In this document: positions 40,601-54,228 of the stretch, piece by piece
Layout: each line of letters opens with the position of its first letter
Numbering within the stretch: position 1 is the stretch's first letter
NCBI GenBank assembly: GCA_014905635.1
Contig: JABVCE010000007.1
Span: 1,054,001 to 1,118,000, forward strand
Reading direction: 5' to 3'
From: Scenedesmus sp. PABB004
Lineage: Eukaryota
DNA length: 64,000 nt
Translations under genes and position numbers: made by a program
Notes under the pieces: model-generated
Databases searched by the model: none
What the model was told of the DNA's origin: nothing
The model's input: the letters and a program-made list of their open reading frames with translations, nothing else

Positions 40601-43587
40601 CATGCACCCCAGCAGCTCCTCCACCTGGCCCCCGCGGCGGCAGCGGCGTCCGCACTCGGCGCCGCGGTCCTCGGCGCGGCGGCCCTCGGCGCGGCGCGCG
40701 GCGCGCCGCACCAGCTCCGGGCGCCAGGCCTCGTGCAGGTACTCGGCCGCGAGCAGGTCGGCGGGGGCGACCCAGGGCATGGCGCTCGCGAGGCGCGTGG
40801 TTAAGTCGAGCGGCTCCTCCTCCTCCACGAAGCGGAACTTCATGGCCGCGATGCCACGCAGCTCCTCCCACACCCAGCGCTGCGGGCCTGGCGCGGCGCG
40901 GCGCGGCGGCGGGCCGCGGCGGCCTTGCGCGCGCAGGCCGGCACGCGTGCGCCGGCGCGGCCGGGCTGCCGGCAGCTAAACCCTGGGGCGGCTGCGCGGC
41001 GCGCACCCGCGTCGCGCAGGAGGCGGAGGTACTGGAACAGCAGCCCCACGGGGCCGAGCCCCAGCCCCGGCGCCGCGGCGAGGCCGGCCTCGGTGAGCAC
41101 GATGTTCACCGTGAACAGGTAGGCCGCGCTGTTGGCGGCGTAGCCGTCGTCGTCGACGCCCGCGCTCAGCTCGACCGCCCAGCCGCGCGCCTTGAGCGCG
41201 GAGAGCAGCGAGCCGGGGCCCTCGTGCCCGACGAGGTGGCTGACGTACGCGTCCGGCTTGTCCCTGTGCGCGGCAGCCGGGCGGCCGGGGCGGGCGGCGG
41301 CCGCGGCGTCGTCGGCCACGCCGCGCCGCGCGCGCTGCGAGCCCCCCGCGAGGCCGTCAGGCCGCCCGTCCCCGTCCCCGGGTGCGGGTGCGGGTGCAGG
41401 CGCCGCGCCTGTAGTGCTCGCGCAGGCAGGGCAGCTGGAAGGTCACCGTCACCTCGTGGTGCTCCTTGACCGCCGGCGCGAGGTACAGCGTGCGGCCCTG
41501 CAGGGGTTCAGGGGGTTTAAGGTTCAGGGGAGTTGGGTTGGCCGGCGGTGCCCAAGCTGGCTGGCTGACTGGGCGCGCAGCCCCCCTGTGGCGATTGATC
41601 ACCGGGCGAGCGCGCACCTCAAACGGCGGCCCCGCGCTCGCGAAGCTCGGCGGCGGGCCCGCGGCGCTGCGCGGCACGGCGCCGAAGAGCTCGGACGCCC
41701 ACGCCTGCAGCGTGTCGAGCGGCTCGCCGCCCAGCACAACCAGGCTCATGCGCTCGGGGCCGTACTGCGCCCTGCGGGGCCGGCGGCGGCGGCGGCGCGG
41801 GCGCGGCGCGGGTGGGCACGGCGTGCGGCGGCCGCGCTCGCCCGCCGCCGCCGCACGCGCGCGCGCCGAGGCCCCCACGCGCCACCGCCAGCGCGCCGCC
41901 GCCGCCCCAGCACCCGCTGCGGCCACGCGCGCGCGCCCGCGCCGCAGCTGGCGCTGCAGCTGGCGGCGCGCCTGTAGTAGTCAACGATGCGCTGCCGCAC
42001 GTCCGCGCCGGCCGCGCGCGGCGCGTCCCACAGGCTCGCCGCGTTGCCCCAGCTGAACTTGTTGTACACGTGCCCCGGCCGCGCCTGCGCGGCGCGGCGC
42101 GAGGGAGGGAGGGACGGCCGCAGCGCCGTGGGCGCGCGCGCGCGCGGCACACCGCACAGCGCCGCCCGCGCAGCGGCGGGCGGCGGGCTGCGGCGCGGCG
42201 CGCGCAGCGGCGGCGGCGGCGGCGCCGGCGCGCACCGTGTGGCACATGAGCTGCGCGAGGCGGCTGTGGTCGCTCTGGCGCACGCCCTGGAACTCGCTGT
42301 CCACCGCCTGCACCTCGCGCTCCAGCGCGCCCGCCTGCGCGGCGCGGGCGCGGGGCACGCGGCGTCGCGGGGCGGTCCGCGGCAGGCGACGCGGGCCGGC
42401 GGCGGCGGCGGCGCGCACGTTGAAGCTGGGCGCCACGAAGAACTGCGCGAAGCGCTCCAGCGCGCCGCGCAGCGCGGCGGGCGCGACCTCAAAGTGATAG
42501 TTTGTGAACTCCTGCGCCGCAGCGCGCAGCCGGCGGCGGCGGCGGCGGCGGCTCGCACGCTGCCAGGGTCCGCCGCGCCGCCTGGCCACGCCGCCGCGCC
42601 AACGGAGCGCAGCGCGTGGGGCCGGGGGCGCCGCGCGCCGCGCGCCGCGCGCACGAGCTCCGTGAAGGCGTTGCTCGCGCCGCCGTGCGCAGTGAGGAAT
42701 GCGTCGTAGTCGTTCTCGTCTGGGAAGGCGGCGCTGCCCATGAAGAGCATGTGCTCCAGGTAGTGGCTCAGGCCCTGGCGGGGCAGGGTTCAGCAGGGTT
42801 CAGGGACGGGGCCCAGCAGCGGGGCTCGACGGGGCGGGGCTCAAGGGGCGGGGCCCGGCGGAAGGGCGCAGGGGTGCGGTGGGCCGTCCAGCGGCGCAGG
42901 CGGGCGGCGGCGGGCGGCGGCGGGCGGCAGCGGCGCGCCTGCATGTCGGGCGGGTCCGAGAAGCTGCCCACGCCGACGGCCATCGCGGCGGCGGCCTGCG
43001 GCGGCGGCGGCGGCGGCTCGCGCGCCGCGCCCGGCTGTGCGCGGCTGCGCGGGCGCGGCGCCGGCGGCGGCAGCTCGCGCGCCGCGCCCGGCTGTGCGCG
43101 GCTGCGCGGGCGCGGCGCCGGCGGCACGCACCTTTTTGGAGCCGCCGCCCGCCGGCTTCTTGCCCTTGCCCTTGCCCTTGCCGCCGCCGCCACCCTCGCT
43201 GCCCTCGGCGCTGTCGTCGTCCCCCGAGCCGCTGCCGTCGCTGCCGTCGCTGCCATCGCTGCCGTCGCCGCTGCCATCGCTGCCATCGCTGCCGTCCTCG
43301 CTGCCGTCGTCGGAGCCGCTGCCGTCGGAGCCGCTGCCGTCGACCTCCATCGCGCCGCCGCCGTCCTGCGAGCGCGCCGGCGTGAGCCGCGTGCGAGCGT
43401 GCCGAAGCGCCGCTCCGTCGCTCGCGCCGCTCGCGCGCCGCGGCCGGGCCCGCACCGCGCCGCCGGCGGCGAGCGCCTCCGCGACGTCCGGGTCGTGGAT
43501 GAGCAGCACCGCGAGGCCGTTCGGCAGCACCAGGTGCCGGTACGCCTTGCGGTCCGCCGGCGAGCGCACCAGCTCCACGCCGGCCAT
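37649..43587 (-). CDS. Nardilysin/insulysin-like M16A metallopeptidase; apparent 1-nt frameshift at ~40308-40314
   Basis: [14 protein letters not shown], acidic DGS-repeat insert typical of nardilysin, [14 protein letters not shown] (HxxEH, 42751-42765), [37 protein letters not shown]. Confidence 0.93.
43007..43125. repeat. 57-bp tandem duplication making up most of an intron
   Basis: ctcgcgcgccgcgcccggctgtgcgcggctgcgcgggcgcggcgccggcggc begins at 43017 and 43074. Confidence 0.8.
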
Positions 43588-44102
43588 GCTGCTGCCGTGC
43601 CTGGGTGAGGCCGCCTGCGCGGCCGGCTGCGGCGGTTGCGGCGCCGTGGCGCGCGCGGGCGGCGGCTGCTGCTGTCGCGGCGGCGGCGGCGCGTGCGGCG
43701 GCAAAAGGCGCGTGCTGGCAAGCTCGATCGCTCCTGCGTGACGCGTCCAACGTGTGGGAGGGGACGCGGCGCGCGGGGCGGGCCCAGGGAAGCGTGAGGG
43801 CGCAGCGCGGGTCTGCTGCCGAGTAACACGGCGCGCCGCGGGCCCGCATGACCTCCGCGCCCTCCGCGACACACAGACCAGCTAACGCTCCAGCCCGGAG
43901 ACCACCGACAGCGCCCGCTGCTGCGCCCGCCCGTGCACCAACAGCTCTCGCTCCCTCGCCTAGCAGCCGCCCTCCCGCCCCGTGGCGTGTGTCCCACCGC
44001 CGGGCCCCTCCACCCGCCGGGCGCGCAGGCGGCGCCGCCGGCGCGGCAGGGCGGGCGCCGCCGCAGCAGCAGCAGCGCGCGGCGGGCGCCCGGCCGCTCG
44101 CG

Positions 44103-45115
44103 ATGTGCGACTACCCGCTGTGCCAGGTGGTGGCCCTGCTCATACCGCCCTACGTCGTCCAGTTCTGGGAGGAGAAGGCGCGGCGCCGCGCGGGTGGCGG
44201 CGCAGCAGCGGCGGCGGCGCGCGCCCCGCGCATGGCGCGCCCCGCGGCACATGCGCCGACGCTGCGCCGCGCCGCGCGCCGCGCGCGCAGGCCAAGTCGT
44301 ACGGCCCCATCGCGTCGGGCGCGCTCTTTGGCGCGGGGTGGTGGTTCTGGGTCGACGCGGTCGTGTGCACGGGCCACAAGATCCCGGCGGACCAGTACAT
44401 CCCAGGCATCATCGCGACGCTCGCGCTGGTGATGATCAATTGCATCCGCAGGTGCGCGGCACGGCGCGGCGCGGCACGTGCAGCGGACCGCGCCGCGGAC
44501 CGCGCCGCGGCGGGCGCGCCGCTGCGCGCCGCGGCGCCGCTTTGCTTGCGCGCGGCGCGCGCCGAGCACTTGGCGCGCCGCTGCCGGCGGCGCCGCGCAG
44601 GGACGACCTGCAGGACTACGACCCCTTTGACGACGGCGGCTTCTGCAGGCGCGGAGCCGCGGCGGGGCGCACGCGGGGCCGCCGCCGCGCGCCCCGGCGG
44701 GCGCGCGCGGGCCCGGGCCGGCGGCGGCTGGCAGCGAGCCCCGCCGCGCCGCGCCACGCCGCCGCAGGTCGCGCTTCTGGCTGTTCCTCTCGTACGTCGT
44801 GTCGTTTGGCTCGGTCGTCGGCGCGGTGTGGGTGCTCATGCAGCACTACGGTGCGCCGCGCGGGGCCGGCCGCGCACGCCCGCGCGCTGGCCCCCCGTCC
44901 GCCCGCCCGCGGCGCCCGCTGAGGACCGCGCGCGGGCTGACCGACCGACCGGGCGCCGGCCGGCCGCCGCAGCTATGAACCCGGGGAGCGGCGGCGAGGT
45001 GTGGCCGGGCGTGGCGGGCGTGTTCCAGGTCGCGCTCATCCTCGCGAGCGGCATCCTCTTCTTCGTCTCGCGCACGCCCGTCGACGGCGCCGGCGGGGGT
45101 TACGAGGTCTTCTAG
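44103..45115 (+). CDS. TMEM50/Vps68 (UPF0220) membrane protein
   Basis: ASGALFGAGWWFWVDA, YIPGIIATLALVMINC, SRFWLFLSYVVSFGS, WPGVAGVFQVALIL; 5 exons. Confidence 0.9.
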
Positions 45116-45554
45116 CCACGCCCCATGGCGGGCGGTGCGGGGGGCCATCGGCGGCGGGCGAGGGCCGTGCAGTAAACGCAACACGCGGCGGCGGGGTCAG
45201 CGGCGGCAGCGGCGGCGGCGGCGGCCGCGGCACACACCGTTTGCGTGCCGGCAACAGCGCGGCTGCATGTGGCACCCCACCCGCAGCCGCTCCAGTGGCG
45301 ACTCTCGCAGCAGCAGTGCGACCGCGGCTCGAGCGGCGGCGTCGTTAGTAGCGCTGCGCCCCGGCGCGCAAATTTGGGGCCCCGCCGCGACAGCCCGGTC
45401 ACTCCCGCGAGCCGGAGTCGGTGCCGCAGGTCAGTCCGCGAGCCCGCGTCGGCCAGGCGACCCGCCCGCGCGGCAGCAGGGCCCTCGGCTTCAGCAGCAG
45501 CAGCAGCACCCCCGCATGCCGACCGCTTGAGCCCGCTTGCGCAACCCCGGCGTG

Positions 45555-48500
45555 ATGCCCGGCGATCCCGCCGCCGCTGTGGCGGCCCTGGCCGGCGCCA
45601 GGGACGCCGGCGAGCTGGGGGCGGCCGTTCAAGCCGCGCACTCGCACCTGCGCGCCGCGGGGGCCGCCGCCGGGCGCGAGCCCCCGGCCTGGCTGCTGCC
45701 CCTGCTCAAGGCCGCGCTGGCGCGGCTGGCGGGCGGCGGCGGCGACGCGGAGGCGGAGGCGCGCGCGCTCGCGCCGCTCGTCGACGCGGCGTTTTCGGCG
45801 GCGCGCGGCGCCGCGCGCGCCGCCGCACGGCAGGAGCTGCTGGCGCTGCGCTACAGCTACATGAAGCGCCTCTTCGCGCTCAAGCGTGTCGCCGACGCGC
45901 TCGCGCACGGGCGCGCGCTGCTCGACGAGCTGCTGCCGGATGCGGCGGACGGCGACGCGCAGGGGGGCCAGCCGCCCGGCGGCGGCGGCGGCGCGGCGTC
46001 CCAGGACCTGCTGCTGGGCACCGGCCTCAACGTCGTCATCTGCACCTGCCGGCTGCGCGCCGCGGTGCTCGCGCAGCTGCCGGGCGTGTCGCGCGCGGCC
46101 GCGGCGGTGCTGGGCGTGCTGCGGTGCGCGTGCGGCGGGGCGCGCGCCGCGCCCTCGCCGCACGCCCTCGTGCCCCGCATGCGCCGTCCTCCCTTTGAAC
46201 CGCTCGCCGCCCAACGCTCGCAGGCAGCGGCCAGCAGGCAAGGCGGCCGCACAGCAGGCGGACGTCCTGTGCGACCACCTGCTGCAGGTGGGTGGGCCGC
46301 CGCCGCGCCGCCGAGGCAGACGCCAGCAGCGCCGCCCGCGCTGACCCCTCCGCTTGCCCCCGCGCCCGCAGCTCGTGGCGCTGGCAGGCGATGAGGCGCG
46401 CAACGCCGGCGCCGCGGCGCAGCGGGCGGCGTTCGCCGACGTCGCGCGGCTGTGCGCGCAGCTGTGCGCGGCGACGGCGGTGTCGAGCCACCAGGGCGCG
46501 CTGCCGCAGGCGAGCGCGCGCTGCTGCTAGCAGCGGTCTCGCTGTCGCAGCGCGCGGTGCAGGCGGCTGCTCAGCGCGCGCCGCCCGACGCGACCGCAGG
46601 TGGCCGCCAAGGCGGTGCAGGCGCTGCCCGCGGGGCTGGGCGCGTGCGCCGTCGTGGGCGCGCTGGAGGCTGGCGGCCTGGGCAGCAGTCGCGACGGGAG
46701 CAGCGGCGGCGCCCTGCCCGCCGGCGCCGCCCTGCGCGCGCTGCAGGCGGCCGTGCAGGCGCTCGGCGCCAGCCCGGCGGCGGCGGCGACGGGCGTGCGT
46801 GCGCTGCTGGCGGCGCAGCACCAGCGCGCGTGCGCCGGCGCTGCTCTGGTCGCGGGCCTGCTCTGCTGCAGCTGCAGCACCGAGCTGGCCGCCAGCGAGC
46901 TGGAGGGCGTGGCCGCGGCGCTGGAGGCCAGGCCGCGCGCGGCGGCAGGCGCGGCGGACGTGCAGCTGCAGGGCCTGGTCGACCGGCTGGGCGCGGTCGC
47001 GCTGAGCGAGCCCTCGGCGGATGCCCGCGGGGGCGCCCGGCCGGCGAGCGGCAAGCGCGGCAAGGGGGGCGAGGCCGCCGCACGCGGCCGGGGCCGCAAG
47101 CAGGAGCAGCAGCCGTCGGGCGAGGAGGAGCAGGCTGCGCCAGACGCGGTGGCGGCGCAGGCGCCTGCAGGAGCCGGCGCGCGCCTCGCGGAGCTGGCCG
47201 CCTGGTGCCTAGGGGCGCTCGTCGACGAATGGCCTTCAGGTGCGTGCGCGGCCGCGTTGTCTGCTCAGCAGCGCGCCAATGCGGCGGCCGCCAGACGAAC
47301 GCTCGCTCACCGCACCGCGCCGCCGCTGCCCGTGCTGCGCGCCGCGCAGGCGACGCTGCGGCGGCCCTGCCCGCCGTGGCCGCTGTCACTGCGGCGATCG
47401 ACCTGCTCTGCTCGTGCGAGCAGCCGGCCGGCGCGCCGGTGGCGTGGAGCGCCGCTGCGGCCAAGGCGGTGGCGCTCGCTGCTGGTGCGCTGCGCAGGCC
47501 GCTAGAGCAAGGCACAGGTGGCAGCGAGCAGCTGCTGCAGGCGCTGTGTGCCGCGGGCAGGCGGCTGGTGGGCGTGACCGCGCAGGGCTGCGCTGCGCTG
47601 GCAGCCGGCAGCGGCGCACAGGTGGCGGACGGAAGCAGGCTGGGCAGCAAGGAGCTGCAGTGGCTGGCGTGGCAGCTGCGGGCGGCGGCGCTGGCGAGCG
47701 GCGGCGACGGCGACGATGGCAGCGAAACCTCGGCCGCCGCCGTGCACCCGGGCGCGGCGGAGCTGCTGCTGCTGGCCTGGGAGTGTGGCGCGTCGCATGT
47801 GGCGCAGCGGGCAGGCAGCGGGGACTGCGACGCCGCCGCAGCCGCCGCCCTGCTGCAGCAGGCGCAGGCGCTCCTCGGCCTGCTCTGGCGGCACGGCGCC
47901 GCGCTGGGCGCGGTGCAGGGCGCGGCGCAGCAGGTGGCTGCCGTGAGCGTGGCGGTCGGTCTGCAGCAGCTCGAGCGCGGGCCGCAGCAGGACAGCGGCA
48001 GTGGCGGCGGCGATCTTGAGCGGCAGCTCGAGCGCACGCTCAAAGCGTACAGCAAGCTGCGCTGCAGGGCGGACGCCGCCGGCGCCGGCCGCTCAGCGAG
48101 CTGCAGGGGCGCGGCGAGCGCCAAGCGGGGCTCGATGGCTGGTCTGGTGGAGTTTGTGCTGCAGGCCGCGACCGGGGCAGGCTCGGACGGCGGCTGGCAG
48201 CCGCCGGCCGACCGGCTGTGCTGGCTCGAGTGCCGCGCCCTGCTGGCAGCGAGCGGCGACGCCCGGCTCGCGCCGGGCGCGGCGCACGCGGCCGTTGCGG
48301 AGGCCCTGCAGCAGCTGTCAGACGCGCCGCTGCCGCCCGGCTGCAACGCGGCAGCGTTTGACGCGCAGCGGGCGACCGTGCGGGGCATGGTACTGGCGTG
48401 CGCCGAGGGCGACGACGACGGCGGCGACGCCTCGCGCCAGCCCGGCGCCGCGGCGGCCGCGCTTGCGGACGCGTGCAGGCGCTGGTCGGCGGTGCTGCTG

Positions 48501-51500
48501 CCCGAGGGCGGCGCGCCTGCGCCAAAGCCCAGCCGGGGCAGGCAGAAAGCAGGTGGCAAGCAGGGGCGGGCCGCCGCGCCGCCGGCCGCGACCGCAGCCG
48601 CGTATCGGGGCCTGGACCTGCAGCCGCTGGCGGCGCGGCTCGGCGGCGACGGCGCGGCAGCGGCGGCGCTGGGCTCGGCGGCGCTCAGCCACTGCCTGCT
48701 GGCGCTGGTCGAGGTCGGCAGCCTGCTGGGCGAGCCGGCGCAGCCGGGCGAGGAGCCACGCTGTGCGACCGCGCCGGCTGAAGCTGATGGGGCGCCGGCC
48801 GAGGGCCAGGGCGCCCGCGTCGACGACGGCGACGACGGCGAGGGCAGCGACGACGACGCAGGCGCCTGGGCGTCGGGCGACGCGCAGGCGCGCTGGGCGT
48901 GCGCGGCGGAGCAGCTGCACGACGGCGCGGCGGCGCTCGGCGCGTTTGCCGCGGCCGGCGGCGCCAGCAGCTTTACCGCGGAGCTGGCCGCGGCGGGGGT
49001 GCAGGCGTGGGACGTTGCCGGCCTGCAGGGCTGGCCCGGCTGCCAGCGTGCCTTTGCCGACGCGCTGGACGCGCTCGCGCCGCTCGTGGCGGCGCAGCAT
49101 GCGCAGCTGCTAGGGACGCCGGGCGGCCGCGAGCAGCCGTGGCTCGCGCTGCTGCTCGCGCCGCAGCTCGCCGAGGACGGCGTGGCAGCGGCGGCCGCCG
49201 CCGGCGCGGCCAAGGGCGGCGGCCGGAGCAAGGCCGCGCGGGCGACCGCGGCAGACGCGGCGCGGCCCTGCGCGTGCGCCGCGCTGCACGAGCGCTGGCG
49301 GGCCGCGGCCGCGGCCGAGCAGCAGCTGGACGTGGAGGCGGCGGCCACGTCGGCGGGGCCCTCCGACGCGCAGCTGCTGCGCCGCGCGGCGGCGGCGCTG
49401 GCCGCCGGGCAGGCGGCGGCCGCCGCGGGCGAGCCCGCCGCCGCCCTCGTCAGCGTGGAGGCCGCGCTGGACGCCAGCAGGGCTGCGCTCGCGGGCGGCG
49501 CTGGCGGGGGCGGCCTCGCCGCGCCCAGCGGCTGGCTGCTGCGGCCGGCGGTCGGCGGGCTGCGCTGGCGGGCGCTGGGGCTGTACATGGCTGGGCTGTG
49601 GCAGGTGGCGGAGCTGCTGGAGGCTTCTGGCAGCCCGGGGGACGCGCTGCGCGCCCTCAAGGAGCTCACCCGCCTGAGCGCCAGCTGCCGGGCCGCGGCG
49701 CTCGCAGCCGCTGCGCAGGCGGCCGCGGCCTGCATCCACGCCCGCAGCGGCGCTCCGGACAAGGCCGGCGCCGCGGCCGCCGCGGCGGCGCGCTGGCTGG
49801 CGCACTGGCGGCGCGCGCAGGCGGACGCGGACGCGGACGAGCTGGCGGTGCTGGCCGCGACCGCTGCGGCGCTGGTCGCGCAGGCGCAGGCCTCCTGCGA
49901 GCTGAGCTCAGGGCAGCACGCCGCCGCGCGGGAGCTGCTGGGCGGCGGCGTGCAGCAGCTTGCAGACGCGCTGGGGCAGCAGGCGCACGCGACGGGCATG
50001 CTGGCGTGGCGCGCCGGCGGGCTGCGCGCCCGCCTGCAGCTGCAGCTCGCGCACAGCCTGGCCGAGTGCGAGGGTGTGCACCCGGCCGCGCAGCAGCTGC
50101 GCGAGGCGCTGGAGCAGCTGGAGGGCGGCGCCGGCGCTGGCTGCAGCGCCTGCGGTGCCTGCGCCTGGCCGGCCGAGCGCGCGGCGCTGCGGCTGCAGCT
50201 CCTCGTGTGGGCGCCGCCCACGATGCCGCCCAGCCAGCCGCCGGGACAGGGGCTGCGGATCGTGGGCTTCGGCAGCGGCAGCGCCCACTGCGACCTGCAG
50301 GCCGAGTTCGCGGCCGCCGAGGACGGGGCGACCGCCGCAGGTGCGCGGCCGAGCGCGGCCGCGCCGCGCATGGCCGCCGGCAAGGCCAGCAGGGGCGGCG
50401 GCAGCAAAGCGGCGAGTGGCAAGGCGCAGGCCGCCGCCGGCTGCGATGATGGCGCCGCAGCGGCCGGCGAGCCCGCCGCCTGGCTCGCGGAGGTGCTGGC
50501 GCTGCTGCCGCAGTGCGCGGCGCAGCCGCTGCTGCTGAGGGACGCCTGCACTGCGCTCAGCGGAGTGCTGCAACGGCACGGCGGGCTGCACGGCGCGGCG
50601 CTGACGCTGCAGCTGTCGCTGGGTGAGGCCCGCCAGCTGCCGGCGCGCTGCGCCGCCGGCCTGCGCCGTTCGCCGCCGACCTGCGCCGCTTGCCGCCGCC
50701 ACCGCAGGCACGTCTGTCGGGCAGCAGCAGCTGCTGGCGGTGAGCAGTAAGCTGGCGCACGCGCAGCAGGGCGCCGCAGCGCGCGCAGACGCGCCCGAGG
50801 GCGCACCCGACGCCGAGCTTGCGGGGCTGTGGCGGCGCCTCCAGCAGCAGCTGGACGTCCGGCCGCTGCTGGCAGAGCTCGCGGCGGCGGCGGCCGACTC
50901 GGCGGCGGGCGGCCTGCACGCGCTGCTGCCAGCACTCGAGCGCGTCGCCGCGGAGCACCTGCAGCAGCAGCTGGCGGCCCTGCCGCGCGGCACGGCAGTC
51001 TGCAGCGTCAGCGCCGCTCCGATGGCGCTGACGACGGCGCTGGGCGCGCACGCCCTGCTCGCGCCCGCTGCGCCGCTGCCGGGGCGTGAGGCGGGCGGCG
51101 GCGACGGCGGCCTGCTGGTGTGCAGGCTGATCGTCGCGCCGCCTGGCGCCGTCGAGGAGGCGACCGTGCCTCTCATCGTGCGGCTGCAGCCCACCGACGC
51201 CAACAAGTGAGCGGGGCCCGCGGGGCAGGGCGCGGGGAAGCGCGCCCGCTCGCAGCGCCGCCCACGCGCCCACACACCCACGCGCTCGCCGCCGCGCCTG
51301 CAGGCCCGCGTCCCAGCCTGGCGACGCTGCCGCGCTCGTGGCTGAGCTGGCGAGCATCCTCGCCGACAGCGCGGCCAGCATGGCGGCGGTGCCGGAGGCC
51401 CTCGCGGCCGCCGCGTCCAGCAGCGGCGCCGGCGCCAGCTCGGCGGGCGCCAAGTGGTGGCGGCAGCGCTTCGCGCTCGACGCGCGCATGGCGGGCCTGG

Positions 51501-53934
51501 TCGCGCAGCTCGACGGCGCGTGGCTCGGCCCGTGGCGCTGCCTGCTCATGCAGCCGCGCGAGCCCGCGGTCGAGGCGGCGGCCGCGGCCGCGGCGGCGGC
51601 CTTCGTCGCCGACTGCTTTGAGTTTGTGTTTGGTGCGCCGCAGCGTGCGGGCGGCTGGGCGCTCGGCCGGCGCACCGCGCCGCTCCAGGGCTTGCCAGCC
51701 TCCCCGCTCGGGGGCTGCGCCGCCACCCCGCCGCCGCCCCGCCGCCCCGCCGCGCTGCCGCCGCCGCCGCCGCCGCAGAGGAGACGCCGCGCCGGCTGCT
51801 GTGCCAGCTCGCAGCGGCGCTGCTCGCGCGCCTCGAGGCGGTCAGCGCGGCGGAGCTGCAGCGCGCGGCGCGCGACCTCTGCCAGCTCACGCAGCAGCGC
51901 GTGGACGGGCTGCACCTCGCCCGGCTCGCCTCCGCGCTCACGGACGCGCACGCGGCCGTGGCCGCAGCCGCGGGCGGCAGCAGCAGCGATCGCGACGGCG
52001 GCGGCGGCGGCGACGACGCCGACGCGCCCCGCAGCCGGGGCGCCGACGCGCCCAAGCAGCCCGGCGCCGCCGGCGCCGGCGCGCCGTTTGTCACGCCCGC
52101 GGCGCCCAAGGCGCGCAGCCGGCTGGGCGCGATGCAGGCGAGCGCGAGCGCCAAGAAGCCGCAGTCGCGGCTCAAGGCGATGCAGCGCGACGGCAGCGCC
52201 GCCGCCACGGACGCGGCCGGCCTGGCGGGGCTCATGGCCCGGGCCCTGCAGCTCGAGGACGCGGCAGACGGCGGCGCTGACAGTGGCGGCGCGGGCAGCG
52301 GCGGTGAGGGCGAGGGCGGCGGCGCGCCGCCGCCGCGGCGCAGGCGGGCGGCTGCAGGCCAGGGCAGGGCGCCGGCGGGCCGGCCGCCGTCCGGAGCGGC
52401 GCGCGGCGGGCGGCGCGTGCGCTTTGCGCCCGCCGAGGCGGGCAGCGAGGAGGAGGAGCGCGACGACGACGAGGGCGGCCCGCAGCTGGTGGTGCCGCCC
52501 AGCCTCGCGCGCCACGCTGTTCGGCGCAGCCGGCTGCAGGGCGCGGACGGCGGCGCGGGCGGCGCGGCCGTCACGCCGATGGCTGTTGGCAGCCGGTCGC
52601 GGCTGGCGGTGCTGGACGACGAGGACAGCCCGCCGCGCGGCGGGGCCGGCCCCGCCGCGGCGAGCGCAGCGGCGGCCACGCCGGCGCGCGGCCGAGGCGC
52701 GCGCGCGCCGGCGCACGCGCCGCGCGCCCCCGCCGCCGAGTCCTCGCCGGGCCCCTGGGCGCCGTCGGTGGTGCTGCTGCTGGACGGCCAGATGCAGCAG
52801 CTGCCGTGGGAGAGCTGCGCGGGCCTGCAGCAGCAAGCCATCTACCGGTGCGAGCGCGCGCCCACGCGGCGGCGCGCGCGCAGGCCTCAGCGGCGGCGCG
52901 GCCCCCGTGGCCCCCGCTCACGCCTCGCCCCCGCCCTTGCCCGCCGGCGCGCAGGTGCCCCAGCCTCGCGACCGCCGCCGCGATCGCGGCGCGGTCGGCC
53001 GGCGGCGCGGGCGCGGGTGCAGGCGGCCCTGGCGGCGGCCCGGCGCCGCTGGCGCTCGGGTCGAGCTTCTTTTTGCTCAACCCTGACGGCGACCTCGCGG
53101 CGACACAGGAGACGTTTGAGGCGTGGCTCACGGGCCGCCTCGGCCTGCAGGTGCGCCCGCACGGCAGGGGCCTGGGTCGCCAGCCCACGCCGCCGCCGCC
53201 GCCCGCCGCCCGCCGCCCGCCCACGCCGGTCGGCGACCGCGCGCGCGCGCGCGCGCGCGCGCGCCGCAGGGCGTGGCCGGCGCGCGGCCCGCGCCCGGCG
53301 CGCTCGCGGGCGCGCTGGCGGCGCACGACCTGTACCTCTACTTTGGCCACGGCGGCGGCGAGCAGTACGTGCCGCTGCCGAGCCTGCGCCGCCTCGGGCG
53401 CTGCGCCGCCGCGCTGCTCATGGGCTGCAGCAGCGGGCGGCTGCGGCAGCAGGGGCTGTACGAGCCGGCCGGGCCGATCTGGGGCTACCTCACCGCAGGC
53501 GCGGCGCGCGCGGGGCGCTGGGACGGCGTGGGACGCTGGGCAGGGCCTTTGGCGCGTGGCCTGCCGCGCCGCCAACCGCGCCGTGCCGACCGTGCCGTGC
53601 GGGCCGCACGCCGCGCCGCGCAGGCTGCCCCGCGGCGGTCGCCAACCTGTGGGACGTCACGGACCGCGACATCGACCGCTTTGCGCAGAGCGTGCTCTCG
53701 CAGTGGGCGGGCGAGGAGCCGGGCGCCGACGCGCCGGGCGGCGCGCCGGGCGGGGGCGGCGGCGGAGACGCGCCGGGGCGTGGCCCGTCGCGCGACCAGG
53801 CGCCCGTCAGCATGAGCGCGGCGGTCGCGGCCAGCCGGCGCGCGTGCCGCCTGCCCGCCCTGATCGGCGGCGCGGCGGTGTGCTACGGCCTGCCCGCGAG
53901 CGTGAGCGCCGCCGGCGGGCGCGGCGCACGCTGA
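45555..53934 (+). CDS. ESP1: Separase (peptidase C50)
   Basis: Long helical N-terminus; WWRQRFALDARM..WLGPW, QLPWESC, LNPDGDL, YLYFGHGGGEQY (His 53348-53350), LLMGCSSG (Cys 53426-53428), ANLWDVTDRDID, GAAVCYGLP. Confidence 0.92.
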
Positions 53935-54228
53935 GAGGCGCGCGGCGGCGGCGGTGTGGGGGCAGCGGGCTGCGTGCGCGTGACCGTCGAGGGGTGACGC
54001 CCTGCCCGACGAGCGGCGCGCGCCTTGTGCCCTGGCCGCCGAGCCGCCACGCGCCGCCGAGCACCAGCCGCCGGCGCAGCCAGCCGCGCGACCCAGCGAC
54101 TACGCACACAAGCGCGCGTTCGTTGCCGCGAGGCCGCGCCCAAGTTCGCCAGGCAGCGCGTAGCAGCGGCCGCGCCGTCTCCCGCCGTCCTGCCCGCGCG
54201 AGCTCCACAGCCTCCCGCAGCGGCCGCC

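Noticed and set aside
46571..50935. 1454-aa antisense ORF and many other Ala/Arg-rich ORFs
   Set aside because: Shadow frames of GC-rich coding exons (here separase); stops are rare at this GC content.
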